NCBI GenBank assembly: GCA_963799845.1
Contig: CAWCYI010000006.1
Span: 1,440,001-1,504,000 of the forward strand
Direction: 5' to 3'
Source of the DNA: an uncultured Nitrososphaerota archaeon
GTDB taxonomy: Archaea > Thermoproteota > Nitrososphaeria > Nitrososphaerales > CADDZS01
Length of the DNA stretch: 64,000 bases
A program made the translations under genes and the position numbers. The notes below the pieces were generated by a model that was not told the DNA's origin, made no database searches, and saw only the letters and a list, made by a program, of their open reading frames with translations. Positions 18,601 to 28,154 of this stretch are shown here, in pieces (position 1 is the stretch's first letter; each line of letters starts with the position of its first letter).

Positions 18601-21420
18601 GAAGGGGGCAACTCGGATTACCGTTTCAGCTGTCCCGGCACTGCCCAGGCCGTTGTTCCCGCTGACACTTATCTCGTAAAAGCCGGTTGGAGAAGACTTC
18701 GCAAGCGGATACTTGCCGAGCCAAACCCCGGCAGTGGGATCATAAGTTAGCGGTAATGTTGCAATGACTTGAGAGCCATCCGAAATTGTAGCGGTAAAGG
18801 TTCCGGTACTCGCCTCAAGACCGCTACTGTATTCAGGAGTCGCCTTGACAGATATTGTGTCCCCCAAAACGTAGGTCGGCGAATCCGTACTCAAAACCAC
18901 GTTCAAGCCGACGTAGAGCCATCCATAGGTGCTTCCCAGATTGCCACTGGAATCTTTACCTGATACGTTCAAGACCCAGGAATCCTGGTCTACTCCCCGT
19001 GGAATTTTGAAGTGGGCAGTCCATCTTTGCGAAGTCGAATTGTAAGAAAGCTGAGTGCTCCCCTCGCTCTTCCCCATGGGCGAGTTCTCCGTGAACGTTG
19101 CCCTAAAATTACCCGTGGTTACACAACAGAGACCGTCGGGCGAAGTGATCGCAGCGGATATGTTTATTGTCTGACCCACGGTGAATTTTGCTGTCATGGC
19201 GGCGTTTGAAGCTGTCAGGTTGAAATACGGGGGAAGAAAGACCGATACCCCGTCCCCGACCGAAAATGTTGTTGTCCCCCAACCGGAAGACGATCCGGTC
19301 GTCACGAGAACCTTTGCCGTCCATTCACCCGGAGTGTCGGCCGATTTTATATTGTAGGAGCCACTCCATAACCCTGTACCAGGATCATCGGAAAATTGGA
19401 TTCCGTTCGCGATAGTTTCGCCTCCAGGCCCCGTAATGTTCGCTACAACGTTGCCACTGGAAACAATTCCACCATTCGCCGTCACGTTGGCGGTAAATCC
19501 GATTTGAGAACCGTATGCGAAACTCGATGCTAGTTGGCCGCTGAGGGAATTCTTAACGGAAACATCCAGCGATCCGCTCGGGGCGAGGTAATTTGCAAGC
19601 TCGCCGAGATTTGGAGAACCAAGCCCAGTCAGAGGGTCCCAGCCGACGCCAGCTGAGTACGGATTGTTGTTGCCGGAAGTTATATCGTGAAATGCCTTTG
19701 CATACTCCTGCTGATTGTTAAGAATCGCATACAGCTCGGGTGTGATGAGGCCCAGCCGTCCGCCAGCCTTTTGGTCTAAAAGTGCCATAGAACCGGCCCA
19801 ACTGGGGGAGCCCACGCTTGTCCCTCCTTCGATCTGATAGATCAATGAACCGGTCCCAATGTCAAACAAGGTTACGATAACGCCCGTTGCAGGATCGGCA
19901 TCCCACGCCACATCCGGAGAACCCTTCGTTCCCTGGGAGGAATCGAAGCCTGTACCGTGCTGCCATGGCGGAGTAGGAAATAGAGTACTGTAACCTCCGC
20001 CTGTACCCCAGGAATACTGATTGCTCCAGCTCCACGCAGTCTCCGAGCCGTATCCGCCTGTAGCATTTGAATAAGGAAACTGTATGGTCCCGGAAGTCGT
20101 GTTCATGTAAAGAGAAGTTCCTCCGACGCCTGTAACGTAAGGATCAGTGGATGGATAGATTGCTCCACCATATGGAAGGGACTCTCCGAAGCCCTGATCG
20201 TAAGCTCCCCAATCTCCACTGCTGGAGAATGCCGTGATGCCCTCGGCGGCCGCTTGCTGGAGCACCTGATCAACCCAGGGATACGATGCTCCTTCGATAG
20301 GAGCGATTGGGGAGGAAATTGCAAGACTATTCTCTTGTGTCCCCCAGCTCATGGATATTATGGAAGTTGAAGAGTTCATGACCGCCTGTTCAAGGGCATC
20401 GTAGAGAGGAAATGAGCTATTCGAACCGATGTAGAGGTTTATCGCTGCGTCAGGGGCCATCGCGTGTGCCCACTCCACGTCCAGAGCGATCTCCGGTTGC
20501 CACCCCTCCGTGATACCGTTGGAGTAATTGCACGGTCCGTCAACGCAGATCTGGTTCAGCGTCAACTGGGGCAGATTGAATTGGGTGCTGAAGTTGTCCA
20601 GCTCTTCTTGAATGTACGGATCGCCGTACGCGTCAACTATCGCAATAGTAATCCCCGTTCCCGTGTAACCTGCACTGAGAAGCGAGGATGAGTTGTATAT
20701 CTGATGTATTTCTGACGGCGTGTAGTAGATCGAATTTGAATCGCTTTGCTGCGGTTGCCCAGAGATCTTGCCAAATGTTCTGTACAATGGCACGGCAAAG
20801 TTCTGTCCTGATCCATAATTGGATAAGCCGGAAATTGACTGGACGAACGAATACTGACTCGGGAGCTCTGGCGATGTAAGGGGAGAGTAAAACGACTGGT
20901 TTGCAACTTTGAACGATTCGAGCGAGACGTGGAGAGCCCCGTCCGTTTCCAAGGCGTCTCCGCTAACCTGGAGAAGGTTTGGATTCGAATGGTCTTCAGT
21001 CACGCTGAGACCCTTTGAAGAAAAGTACGAAGTGAGCGAACTTATTTCAGCAGAATCAGGGCCGTAAAGTTCCGAATACTGACCTATACTTAGAAAGTGC
21101 CTGTATTGCGGGGATGCAGGATTGCTGATTTGGTTGATGTATTGCTGCAGTCCAAGCGCATTTCTCGAAGATATAAGGACACTAAACGATATGGGAGTTC
21201 TAGAAGGCAAAGCCGACTGAATTCTCGCCTCGGAGATCGGCGGCATTGAAATTGGAATACTTACAGAGCTTCCATTCAGGTTCGAGTTTGTCGACGGAGG
21301 AATCGTGATTGTACTTTGGCTTGAAAAAGCGGATGAGAAAAGAGAATTTTCAAAGGCGCCTGAAGCAGTCAAAAGCAGTGCAGCAAAAAGAGCGAACAGA
21401 GCCTTCCTTTGAGAATTCAT
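15628..21420 (-). CDS. S53 sedolisin-family protease with pro-domain, Ig-like domains, beta-helix repeats and TM anchor
   Basis: SNPASPQYRHFL pro-domain, EIALDVEW (E/D), SSGD, GGTSVGSP (catalytic Ser), GWDPLTGLGSP; N-rich GI.l....N.i..N beta-helix repeats; TM plus RRRSRR. Confidence 0.92.
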   Translation of the reverse strand: MNSQRKALFALFAALLLTASGAFENSLFSSAFSSQSTITIPPSTNSNLNGSSVSIPISMPPISEARIQSALPSRTPISFSVLISSRNALGLQQYINQISNPASPQYRHFLSIGQYSELYGPDSAEISSLTSYFSSKGLSVTEDHSNPNLLQVSGDALETDGALHVSLESFKVANQSFYSPLTSPELPSQYSFVQSISGLSNYGSGQNFAVPLYRTFGKISGQPQQSDSNSIYYTPSEIHQIYNSSSLLSAGYTGTGITIAIVDAYGDPYIQEELDNFSTQFNLPQLTLNQICVDGPCNYSNGITEGWQPEIALDVEWAHAMAPDAAINLYIGSNSSFPLYDALEQAVMNSSTSIISMSWGTQENSLAISSPIAPIEGASYPWVDQVLQQAAAEGITAFSSSGDWGAYDQGFGESLPYGGAIYPSTDPYVTGVGGTSLYMNTTSGTIQFPYSNATGGYGSETAWSWSNQYSWGTGGGYSTLFPTPPWQHGTGFDSSQGTKGSPDVAWDADPATGVIVTLFDIGTGSLIYQIEGGTSVGSPSWAGSMALLDQKAGGRLGLITPELYAILNNQQEYAKAFHDITSGNNNPYSAGVGWDPLTGLGSPNLGELANYLAPSGSLDVSVKNSLSGQLASSFAYGSQIGFTANVTANGGIVSSGNVVANITGPGGETIANGIQFSDDPGTGLWSGSYNIKSADTPGEWTAKVLVTTGSSSGWGTTTFSVGDGVSVFLPPYFNLTASNAAMTAKFTVGQTINISAAITSPDGLCCVTTGNFRATFTENSPMGKSEGSTQLSYNSTSQRWTAHFKIPRGVDQDSWVLNVSGKDSSGNLGSTYGWLYVGLNVVLSTDSPTYVLGDTISVKATPEYSSGLEASTGTFTATISDGSQVIATLPLTYDPTAGVWLGKYPLAKSSPTGFYEISVSGNNGLGSAGTAETVIRVAPFNLVGSITVPSSTISVNGGSEPMVSARITYPNGSLLTQGSVVTFVYLNHGGLLFLVNFIRLTYASSTGSFVGPYLFGTASPLNASLGSYLVSVQGFDAAGNYANLTTSFFIQGETHSPISITNDSQFTAENGVIQGNGTSTDPFVFAGWNTTSISISGGATSIYFIVNDWVSGNSGDGIFLNTPSTLGSLIEGTYSNSNDGNGISVNGTPGITMIADVTNGNHQSGIVIDNDSSSLPPDIALSVSNDNNVDGFNVQNSRKAIITENAATGNGKFGFYLDNLLNASLLLNIATSNPVGIYLTGNQGQGYGGIQLILTSAFYNGVGIQINGLNQNVTGSVTNSSIAFVELALIENNSIGVLSENDSQVQLSADTIGHNGYGAIFKNSLALVTNDVISQNNDTALSISGGYVGSGGCVVSFINNSSSFIYSSCILGNFISLNGNSSSAGDGIDESNLNGSIIISNFDSKNIGNGLTLSNVTGSSISMMTFNNNTGDGVFASSISHDRIDLNNMSSDLNGVVLAGGGTNQVDKNNISMDSFDGILLNSSTNNTVTENRISSIGTECSSTQTCSLAGGIHISNDSSQNSITSNSISGSTVPDKIGAGILLTTGSSQNLVYQNNATGNDAGIVISSSPSNTVARNELSSNKYGIYLVNSQSTELSSNNLVGNQQDIYPNMPLVSFSGIQNGTRVSGDVVIRWNSTGQAISNQSLSIDGSPQAVSGASYAWNSTSLSDGIHVITIRITNDAGQDASASLIVSTVNHEFLTVHTIGPGQTPISSSLIELKNSTYSANGTTDSSGRAIFRGLSPGSYNASTSINGTEIISPVDYSGNSTVTLFIPILDTTALASTASGSVPIEVTGNIIASQMSNVTLQKSGGGYALSFDLNGVNGTTASATIQVLKSSIVSGLVPSVIINGNATHNQSYFQDSNYYYVKFLLTLNGTEKMIVRFSPGAPVFDIRYIVVIVAVIAVIVAGLLLAFRRRSRRSYYLPSQPN

Positions 21421-21506
21421 CGAGCCTAGAGCTCGTTTGAGATTATTTAAGCCGAGTGGGAATGGGATTTGCTTATCTTAAGAAAATCTCGTTTCTAGAT
21501 TCGCTC

Positions 21507-21722
21507 TCACGATTTGAGAGTACCGAACTGCCAGCTGTTCTTCCCATACTTGCTCCTCCAGTCTGCTCTTTCCTGATGTCCGGGCATTTTTTGACTCATA
21601 TGGATCGCGAACCCCGTAGCGTTCTCATTGTGGATTCCGTCCCAAACCTTTTGACTACAATACGGGCATTTTCTCCAGATGCCATCTTCATTTTTTTCTA
21701 CGATGAATTCCGAGAACTCCAT
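21507..21722 (-). CDS. Small C2H2-like zinc-finger protein
   Basis: MEFSEF...CPYC...FAIHMSQKMPGH, 71 aa from the ATG at 21722. Confidence 0.6.
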   Translation of the reverse strand: MEFSEFIVEKNEDGIWRKCPYCSQKVWDGIHNENATGFAIHMSQKMPGHQERADWRSKYGKNSWQFGTLKS

Positions 21723-21910
21723 TTGTTTTCGCTGAACTCTTGAAACGACTGATAATCCGACGTCTTGATGACAGATAGCTCGCTCAAGCTTAAAGGATAG
21801 ATTGTTTCTTGGATAAAGATCAGCTGTACAGATGTGAAGCATATTAATTGTATTCAAGTTGAGGTAGTCTTTGCGATCCTTAATATTCTCCAAAACAGGC
21901 AACTGACCAA

Positions 21911-22825
21911 ATGCGTCCGAATTCAAATTCAACGAACGAAATTCGCGGCATCCTCAAAAACTTGGGATTTGAATTTGAAAGAGAACATAGAGATCGTGAG
22001 ATCGGCGAATTCAGGTCGATTAGGAAAGAAGCACCTGATCAGGCTTCCCTTGCAAGAGATAGGCTATTCCCAAAGATTCTTCAAAAGCACTTTTCGAATC
22101 AGGAAATTATCTTGAACTTCAAGAAGCTTCAATCCATCGCCCGCCGGAGGCTGGGTCTAACAGGCGACGTCGAGTTCGTGCAGAAAGGGGGAGGGAAAGG
22201 AAGGATCCTCGCGACTTCGGTTGCGAATTCTTCGTTGGAAATGAAACACACCGTTACCTATTCTGACGCAGAATCCATAGATCCGGCGGACGTTTATCAC
22301 GAGTTGTGCAGAGCGAGACTCTACGAGCTTGGGTTCAGGACGGTTGAGAATGCCACACTGATGGCACTGAAAGATTGTGCGGGCGATGATCCGAAGTTTA
22401 TTTTCGACGCAAACTCCTCCGTCGTTATAGTTTCGGAGGTCTACGTCAGCTGGATGTTGTACACTTACTTTCCCGAAGAGTCTGAAAGCAGAAGACAGGA
22501 GATCGTTCTGAGGTTCAAATCATCCGATGCGCTCACGAGCCTTCACACGCAAATGGGATTCTGGGGAACCGCCGGAATCGCGTACTACAGACTTGCTTCT
22601 GAATGGACGGGCAAGACTTTTCCTTCAAAGCAGGTCGAAGCTGCGATCTCCCAGGCTGGTGATGGAAAATCTCTCGATGAAGAGTTAAAGAAGATCGAAG
22701 TTGTTATCGCTGAACTACCTAGGATCGGGAAACCGATTCATGCTTTCTCTGATTCTGACCAGCTGCAGATTATTTCCGTAATTGTGGATTTGTTCTCGGC
22801 AAAGACAGGGCTTGATTGTAGCTAA
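21911..22825 (+). CDS. Hypothetical protein with a degenerate zincin-like motif
   Basis: 304-aa ORF; DVYHELCRARL followed later by VSEVYV; start uncertain. Confidence 0.65.
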   Translation: MRPNSNSTNEIRGILKNLGFEFEREHRDREIGEFRSIRKEAPDQASLARDRLFPKILQKHFSNQEIILNFKKLQSIARRRLGLTGDVEFVQKGGGKGRILATSVANSSLEMKHTVTYSDAESIDPADVYHELCRARLYELGFRTVENATLMALKDCAGDDPKFIFDANSSVVIVSEVYVSWMLYTYFPEESESRRQEIVLRFKSSDALTSLHTQMGFWGTAGIAYYRLASEWTGKTFPSKQVEAAISQAGDGKSLDEELKKIEVVIAELPRIGKPIHAFSDSDQLQIISVIVDLFSAKTGLDCS

Positions 22826-22830
22826 AATAT

Positions 22831-24163
22831 TCACCCGAATGGTGAAATCGCCGTCGTGTTTAAATTATCGCTTTCGCTAAAAGGGGAAATAATCTGGATA
22901 ATGTACTGTCCTCCCGGGACAATGGACAGTGGAGAGTAAGGGGCAAAGAGGCTGTTGAGCGTCGAAATTCGTCCTGTGAATGTTAATTGGACTTCTTCTC
23001 CCGGCGTAACTACCAAACCGACCTGGGTGCCGTTTTGATCGAGCGAGGAGAGCAATGGCTGTACTACTAGTTTATCGCTCAAAACTAGGAAACTCGCGAC
23101 GGTTTGGAAACTGGAGGTGTAGTTCGGAACTGCTCCGGAGTCTAATTGTGGCAATCGAGCGTCTAGTTGCGGAGTTTGTCCCAGTCCAACCACCGCACTG
23201 GAGGTTCCGTTAAGACTCGCAGCATTGCTCTGAGAAATCTCCGTAATCGTCGTCACAGTTGTTATAGTTTCTACGGTCGTCTCGGCATTCCCGTTTTGGA
23301 CAATCGCCCCAAGCAAATTGATACCCGATATAGTCACGTTCGCAGTCCCCGTATTGTTCAAAACCAAAACCATTGCGTTTGTCGTTATCAGAGCCGTCAG
23401 AACCGTGATTTGATCAGCTAGTCTGCTAATACTAGAAGCGAACCAGGCCTGTGAATCTAACTCGATCGTCGATCCTATCCTCTGATAGGCCGAGATCGGA
23501 ACGGAAGCCGGAATAGCGATCGCTCTGGCAAAAGGAACGAGCTGCAGGGTCGTCGAGTTTCCAGTTTCCGTCGGAACTACAGACGGCGCGATATCAAGAA
23601 TGAATCCCGCAGTACCATTCGGTCCCAGTCTCAGCTCCGCCCTGAATTGGCTCAGTGACAGTTGTTGAAGATACATAGGCACTCACATTCCTTCCATAGT
23701 AAGTAACGCTCGCCGCCGTGATGCTGAAACTAGCAAAGTCGTATAGCCCGCTGGATAAGACCGAATTTCCAATAGTTACACTACGGTTTGCAAGAGACGC
23801 AAGATCGACAGTTCCCCCGGGTGCTGCAACAAGCCAGGTGGAGACGTTCAACTCTGTTGTGTGCACTTCGATATTCGAATAAGTAACGTAAACGTGGCTG
23901 ACGCCAACCGGTTCATTCAAATAATCAGTTATCTGAGTGACCAAATTTCCGGTTGGAATCGACGACGTGGAGAACTTAGTTGATGTCTCTACGCTGAGAG
24001 AAGTGGAAATAACCGTGGAAGTTTGAGTAGTCGTCCTGCTAGTTGTAATCGTAGATGTTCCATTTGGTAGTGTGGAATTTAGAGCACTTACTCCACCGAT
24101 TATCGCGGCAGCAACGAGAATGCCGACTACCGCCATAAGGATAAGTTTCCCGGAGCCGTTCAT
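22831..24163 (-). CDS. DUF4382-like membrane-anchored protein (one extra base near 23630)
   Basis: N-terminal TM, S/T linker, QITD...SHVYVTYSNIEVH...TVDL...LSSGLY. Two overlapping ORFs join into 443 aa if one base beside AGCT 23633 is removed. Confidence 0.7.
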
Positions 24164-24231
24164 GAACGAATATTTCTCTTTCTATGTGGTTCTAACTATT
24201 CAATCTTAGGTATTGTAAGGAAAAAGCAATG

Positions 24232-24290
24232 ATATTTTGAGAAAAAGGTATCCCAAAAAGATACTGAAAATAAAGTAAAAGGAGGAGGAA
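24232..24290 (-). terminator. Oligo-T archaeal terminator region downstream of the putative S-layer operon
   Basis: Minus strand reads CCTTTTACTTTATTTTCAGTATCTTTTGGGATACCTTTTTCTC. Confidence 0.45.
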
Positions 24291-24338
24291 TAGAATGGAT
24301 TTTTTCCATTCTTATTCGATTACATTTTCCTGTTTAGA

Positions 24339-25028
24339 TTATTTCTTCTTCCGCATTGTGAGGACAACGAGTACGATAGCAACGATTGCTATGATCAGGC
24401 CGATTGCGCCAACTGCAAGTGCTGTGCTGTCCGTAGTTGGACTTTCTGTAACAGTTGTTGCAGTGGTAACAACTGAGCTGAGAGTTGTAGTTGTTTGTAG
24501 TGCTTGTGTCACAGTCGTTGTTGCTGCCTGGACAACCGTGGTTGTTACTGGAGCCTGAACGACAGTAGTTGTAAACTGCTCTACTACCGTAGTCGTTGTT
24601 GCGGCGCCTGTAGTGGGTGGAGAGGTTCCGTTGACTTGGAATACGTTTGTTACAGTGTATGCAGGGCCCGTTACATTTGCTGCCCAGACTGCTTTAACCG
24701 TGTATGTACCACTTGTAGTACCAGCAACCGATGTCGCACTGTACGAACCGCTCACACCGACCGCCGCAGACAAATGATCAGTTAAGATACCATTTGGATC
24801 CGTGACAGAGATCGTTACGTAGGTTCCGCTAGGCGGTGCTGGAGTGACTGTTCCGGAAATAGTTATCGTGGTTCCAGAGTTGTAGAGCGTTTTGTCCGTT
24901 CCGACTGTCACGACGTAGCTTGTGGCCGACGCGAAAACAGGGGTAAGGAAGAGGAATGCCAAAAGCATTCCCGCTCCTGCTAGCCGAGCCGCGTCTCGCC
25001 TGTCAATCACGGAATTCAGTGTCTTCAT
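24339..25028 (-). CDS. Membrane-anchored Ig-domain protein with Thr-rich stalk (SlaB-like anchor candidate)
   Basis: Signal peptide, one Ig-like domain, TTTVV-repeat stalk, TM plus RKKK; starts 19 bp downstream of the large surface-protein gene. Confidence 0.7.
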   Translation of the reverse strand: MKTLNSVIDRRDAARLAGAGMLLAFLFLTPVFASATSYVVTVGTDKTLYNSGTTITISGTVTPAPPSGTYVTISVTDPNGILTDHLSAAVGVSGSYSATSVAGTTSGTYTVKAVWAANVTGPAYTVTNVFQVNGTSPPTTGAATTTTVVEQFTTTVVQAPVTTTVVQAATTTVTQALQTTTTLSSVVTTATTVTESPTTDSTALAVGAIGLIIAIVAIVLVVLTMRKKK

Positions 25029-25047
25029 GTAAGATTACACCGAATCC

Positions 25048-27976
25048 TTAGACAGTGATTGCCACTGTTTGCGGTCCTGAGACAGTGATTCCGGCTGATG
25101 TGTAGGCTTGGACTGTTGCTGAGTATGTTCCCTTTGGAAGGACGACTGGTATCGGCAGAGTTGCCGAGCCCCCAGCTGCTATTGATCCAAAGTTCGCAAT
25201 TCCGATGTATACTGTTGCACCCGATGAGCTGTGCACGACAACGTACACGTACGCCGTGTATGAGGATGTGCCATTGTTCTTGATTGTTGCGTTGACTGCT
25301 GGTCCGGTTGGTCCCGTGACTTGAGCCGGTGCCGATGGGAAGACGAATGTTTGACCTGGTGGTGGTGGAACTACCGTGACTGTGACTGTTCCGCTAGCAG
25401 TTGCTGACAGACCAGCTATAGTCTTTGCAGATACGGATAGAGTCCATGTTCCTTCGGCCAAGTTGCTGATTGAGACTAGGTAGGTAACGCTACTTCCTAG
25501 TTTGTTTGTTCCTGATACGCTGATTTGACTGGCTGAGATTGCTGTTCCATTCGCTGTCGCTGTGACCGATGATGCATTGAGGTCGCCTTGAGCGGAAGTT
25601 ACGTTAACTTGCGCGGTCGACGACGTGGCAGACTCAAGTTTGATTGTTCCGAATACTGGAGCTGCAGTGTCTACCAACACTGTCCACGCTGGAGAGAGTG
25701 TAGTCAATGAGTTGCTATCAGTCACGTTGAAGGTGACTGTGTTGATTCCAACTGCAAGGACTAGTGGTACTGTCCAGACGATGTTGTGCTGCGAAGCAGT
25801 TGACACAGATTGCCATCCGCCAGTTCCTACCTTGTATCCAATTGTTGCGATGGTCGTAGAAGCAGACCCCGAGGTTGCGTTTGCAATGCCCTTGAAGGTT
25901 ACGAATGCTGTAGAGCTGTAGAGTACCTCCCGAAACGACTGCTGGTGAAGTGACGTTAATGGTTGGATACGCACTAACCGTCATCACCGAAGAGGTTCCT
26001 TGGACTGCTCTACCGTTCACGTTGGCTGAGGCCGTTATAGTCGCAGTTGTTCCAACTGTGCTCGGTAAAGTCCACAGAATAGCTCCAAAGCTGCTAGTGT
26101 TTGTCGATAGCTGTCCCGCAGAGATGTAAACTTGGGTTGCACTGAGAGCTCCGGATGAACCTGCCAAACCGATTTGGATTTGGTTGTTTGGTGCTACAGT
26201 CACCAAGTTGTTGTATGCGTCTGCGTATGCAACGTCAATGTATGCTGTGCTGCCGTTGACAATGAATTTGATGTTTGGACCAGTGTGTGGGAAATTCGCG
26301 GCTGCGATGTTGACGACCAGTGTCGAGATAGCACCAGCTACCGTAGTAACTGCTCCTGATACTACTGACGCAATTGTCGCAGTTGTAAGTATGGTAGTAG
26401 GGGCTGCTGCGGTTGCATTGAAGTAAGCAACACTATGCGCAGTAGTATTGACTGCTACCAACGACTCTACGCCGCCCGTGCTGTTAGATGTGAGAGTTAT
26501 CGCCGCAAGTCCGTTCGAGAACTTTGCATTGTAACTCGTTGATGTTGCGCATGGTGAAGTGCAGAGGTTGAGAGTTATTGGAACTCCCGATTGTGATTGA
26601 CTAAGTTGTTCTTGCACCAGAACCGTTTGACCTGCAGCAACGTTTGTCGCTGAAGTTGGTTTGGTTTGAGCTAGTGTGCCAAGCGTTCCTGTTATGATAT
26701 TCCCGCTTGTTCCAGTGTATTGTGTCGCTGAGATGAATATTGTGCCTGCGATTTCTCCTACTGCACCATAAACTGACGACTGCAGATAGGGGAATGGCAA
26801 CGCCAAGCTAGTCCCTGATGTCGGACATGTGAAGTGGCTGTTTCCAGCAACGACGGCTCCACATGATATTTCCGAATACAAGTTTGCTCCGGAGAGGAAT
26901 TGACCACCAACACCAGAAAGTGTGATGTTAGTTATTGTGACTGAGAATGCTACCGGGTTTGCGAAGGAATCTGATAGTGATGTCGATACCTCTGCTCCAG
27001 TTTCAGCATATAGTGTTGTACTGATCAGGTGTGGGGTTGTAAGATAGTCAGCTGGATAAGTCACGCTAGATACTGTGAAGTAGAACGATACTTTGGTCGG
27101 TGCGCCTGCTCCCGTTGTGATTGTTCCTGTTGCCGCAGTTGTAGCTGACGTGCCAATTGTCGCAACTACTGTTGTTGCATCTGGCGCGTGGTTACTGGGT
27201 GTGAATGTTGTTGAAGTTCCACTTGCAGTGGTGACTCCTGAAGTTGGACTCAGTGTAGCAGTGTATCCACTTGTTGGGTAAGCCGCGTTCGAGAAACTCC
27301 AAACGATTGGAACTCCCGCTTGACCCGAACTCAATGTGGCTGTCACAGTTAAAGCTGATCCACCTGCTGTGAATGTTGTAGTTACCGGGCTGACCGCTAC
27401 TGCGACTGTTGTTGTGAAGATGTTCCATTCTGTGAATGACCCTCCAGCGTAAGAAGCTGCACCGCTCGAGTCAATGACTAGAGTGGTGAAAGTTCCCTGA
27501 TTTGGAGGTTCAGTGGCAACTGGCGCCGCACCTGTCCAAGCCAGCGTTCCAAGTACAAGAGTGGCGGAGAAACCTGGTGGTAGACCAGAAGTTGCTCCGG
27601 CAGTGCACTGAACAGCAGTGGCAGATGTTACGCCTGGAGTCGCTAGACCACTTCCAACCGGTCCGCATGTGTTCGACCCTGCGAACGCCCAGTCAGCGGG
27701 TGCAAGTACCGTAATCGACGTAATTGCATACGCATTTGTGGACGGATTCGTCACCTTCACAGAGAAGGCGATCGGAGCGACACCCTGTATTACATCGGGA
27801 GTACCGACGACCGTAGGTGGGGCTCCATTTGCCGTTGGAGATGATATGCTTTTGACTGCTCCTGTCCGAGCTCCGCCTGTTGAGGCGAAAGCTGGTAAAA
27901 ACGCGAATGAGCTGCCGACTAGTAGAATAGTAACTACTAGAACAGATAGTCTTGTAGTGTCTTTATTATAGTTCAT
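25048..27976 (-). CDS. Large secreted surface protein, probable major S-layer protein (one extra base near 25925)
   Basis: Signal peptide, T/S/A/G/V-rich beta composition, no TM anchor. ORFs 25718..28027 and 25048..25974 join into ~975 aa. C-terminal N...AYVYVVV.SSSG.TV....G.YSATV domain resembles thaumarchaeal S-layer termini. Confidence 0.7.
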
Positions 27977-28007
27977 AGAGCTTTCAAAGTTCACGAAACA
28001 GGTTTTT

Positions 28008-28026
28008 TGTATATATATCTTTTCCA
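28008..28026 (-). promoter_or_regulatory. BRE + TATA box of the putative S-layer operon
   Basis: Minus strand GAAAAGATATATATAC about 35 bp upstream of the ATG at 27976. Confidence 0.6.
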
Positions 28027-28154
28027 CAGGAAGATCTGTGTTGAGAGATGAATTTTGGGATTAGGGCCGCGGTACGGAACACTCATCCAGAATCTCAATT
28101 ACATCTTATTTAGGACAATCACAAAATTCCTCTCAAACATAAGGGCAATTTCTC

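Noticed and set aside
24440-24610. ACA/ACT/GTT-rich periodic DNA as a tandem repeat or CRISPR array
   Set aside because: It is the coding sequence of a Thr/Val-rich stalk; there are no identical repeats with unique spacers.
25048-27976. Treating the split large genes (also 22831-24163, 33552-34927 and 60333-62635) as true pseudogenes
   Set aside because: Each is repaired by one or two single-base changes at AGCT and shows no other decay.
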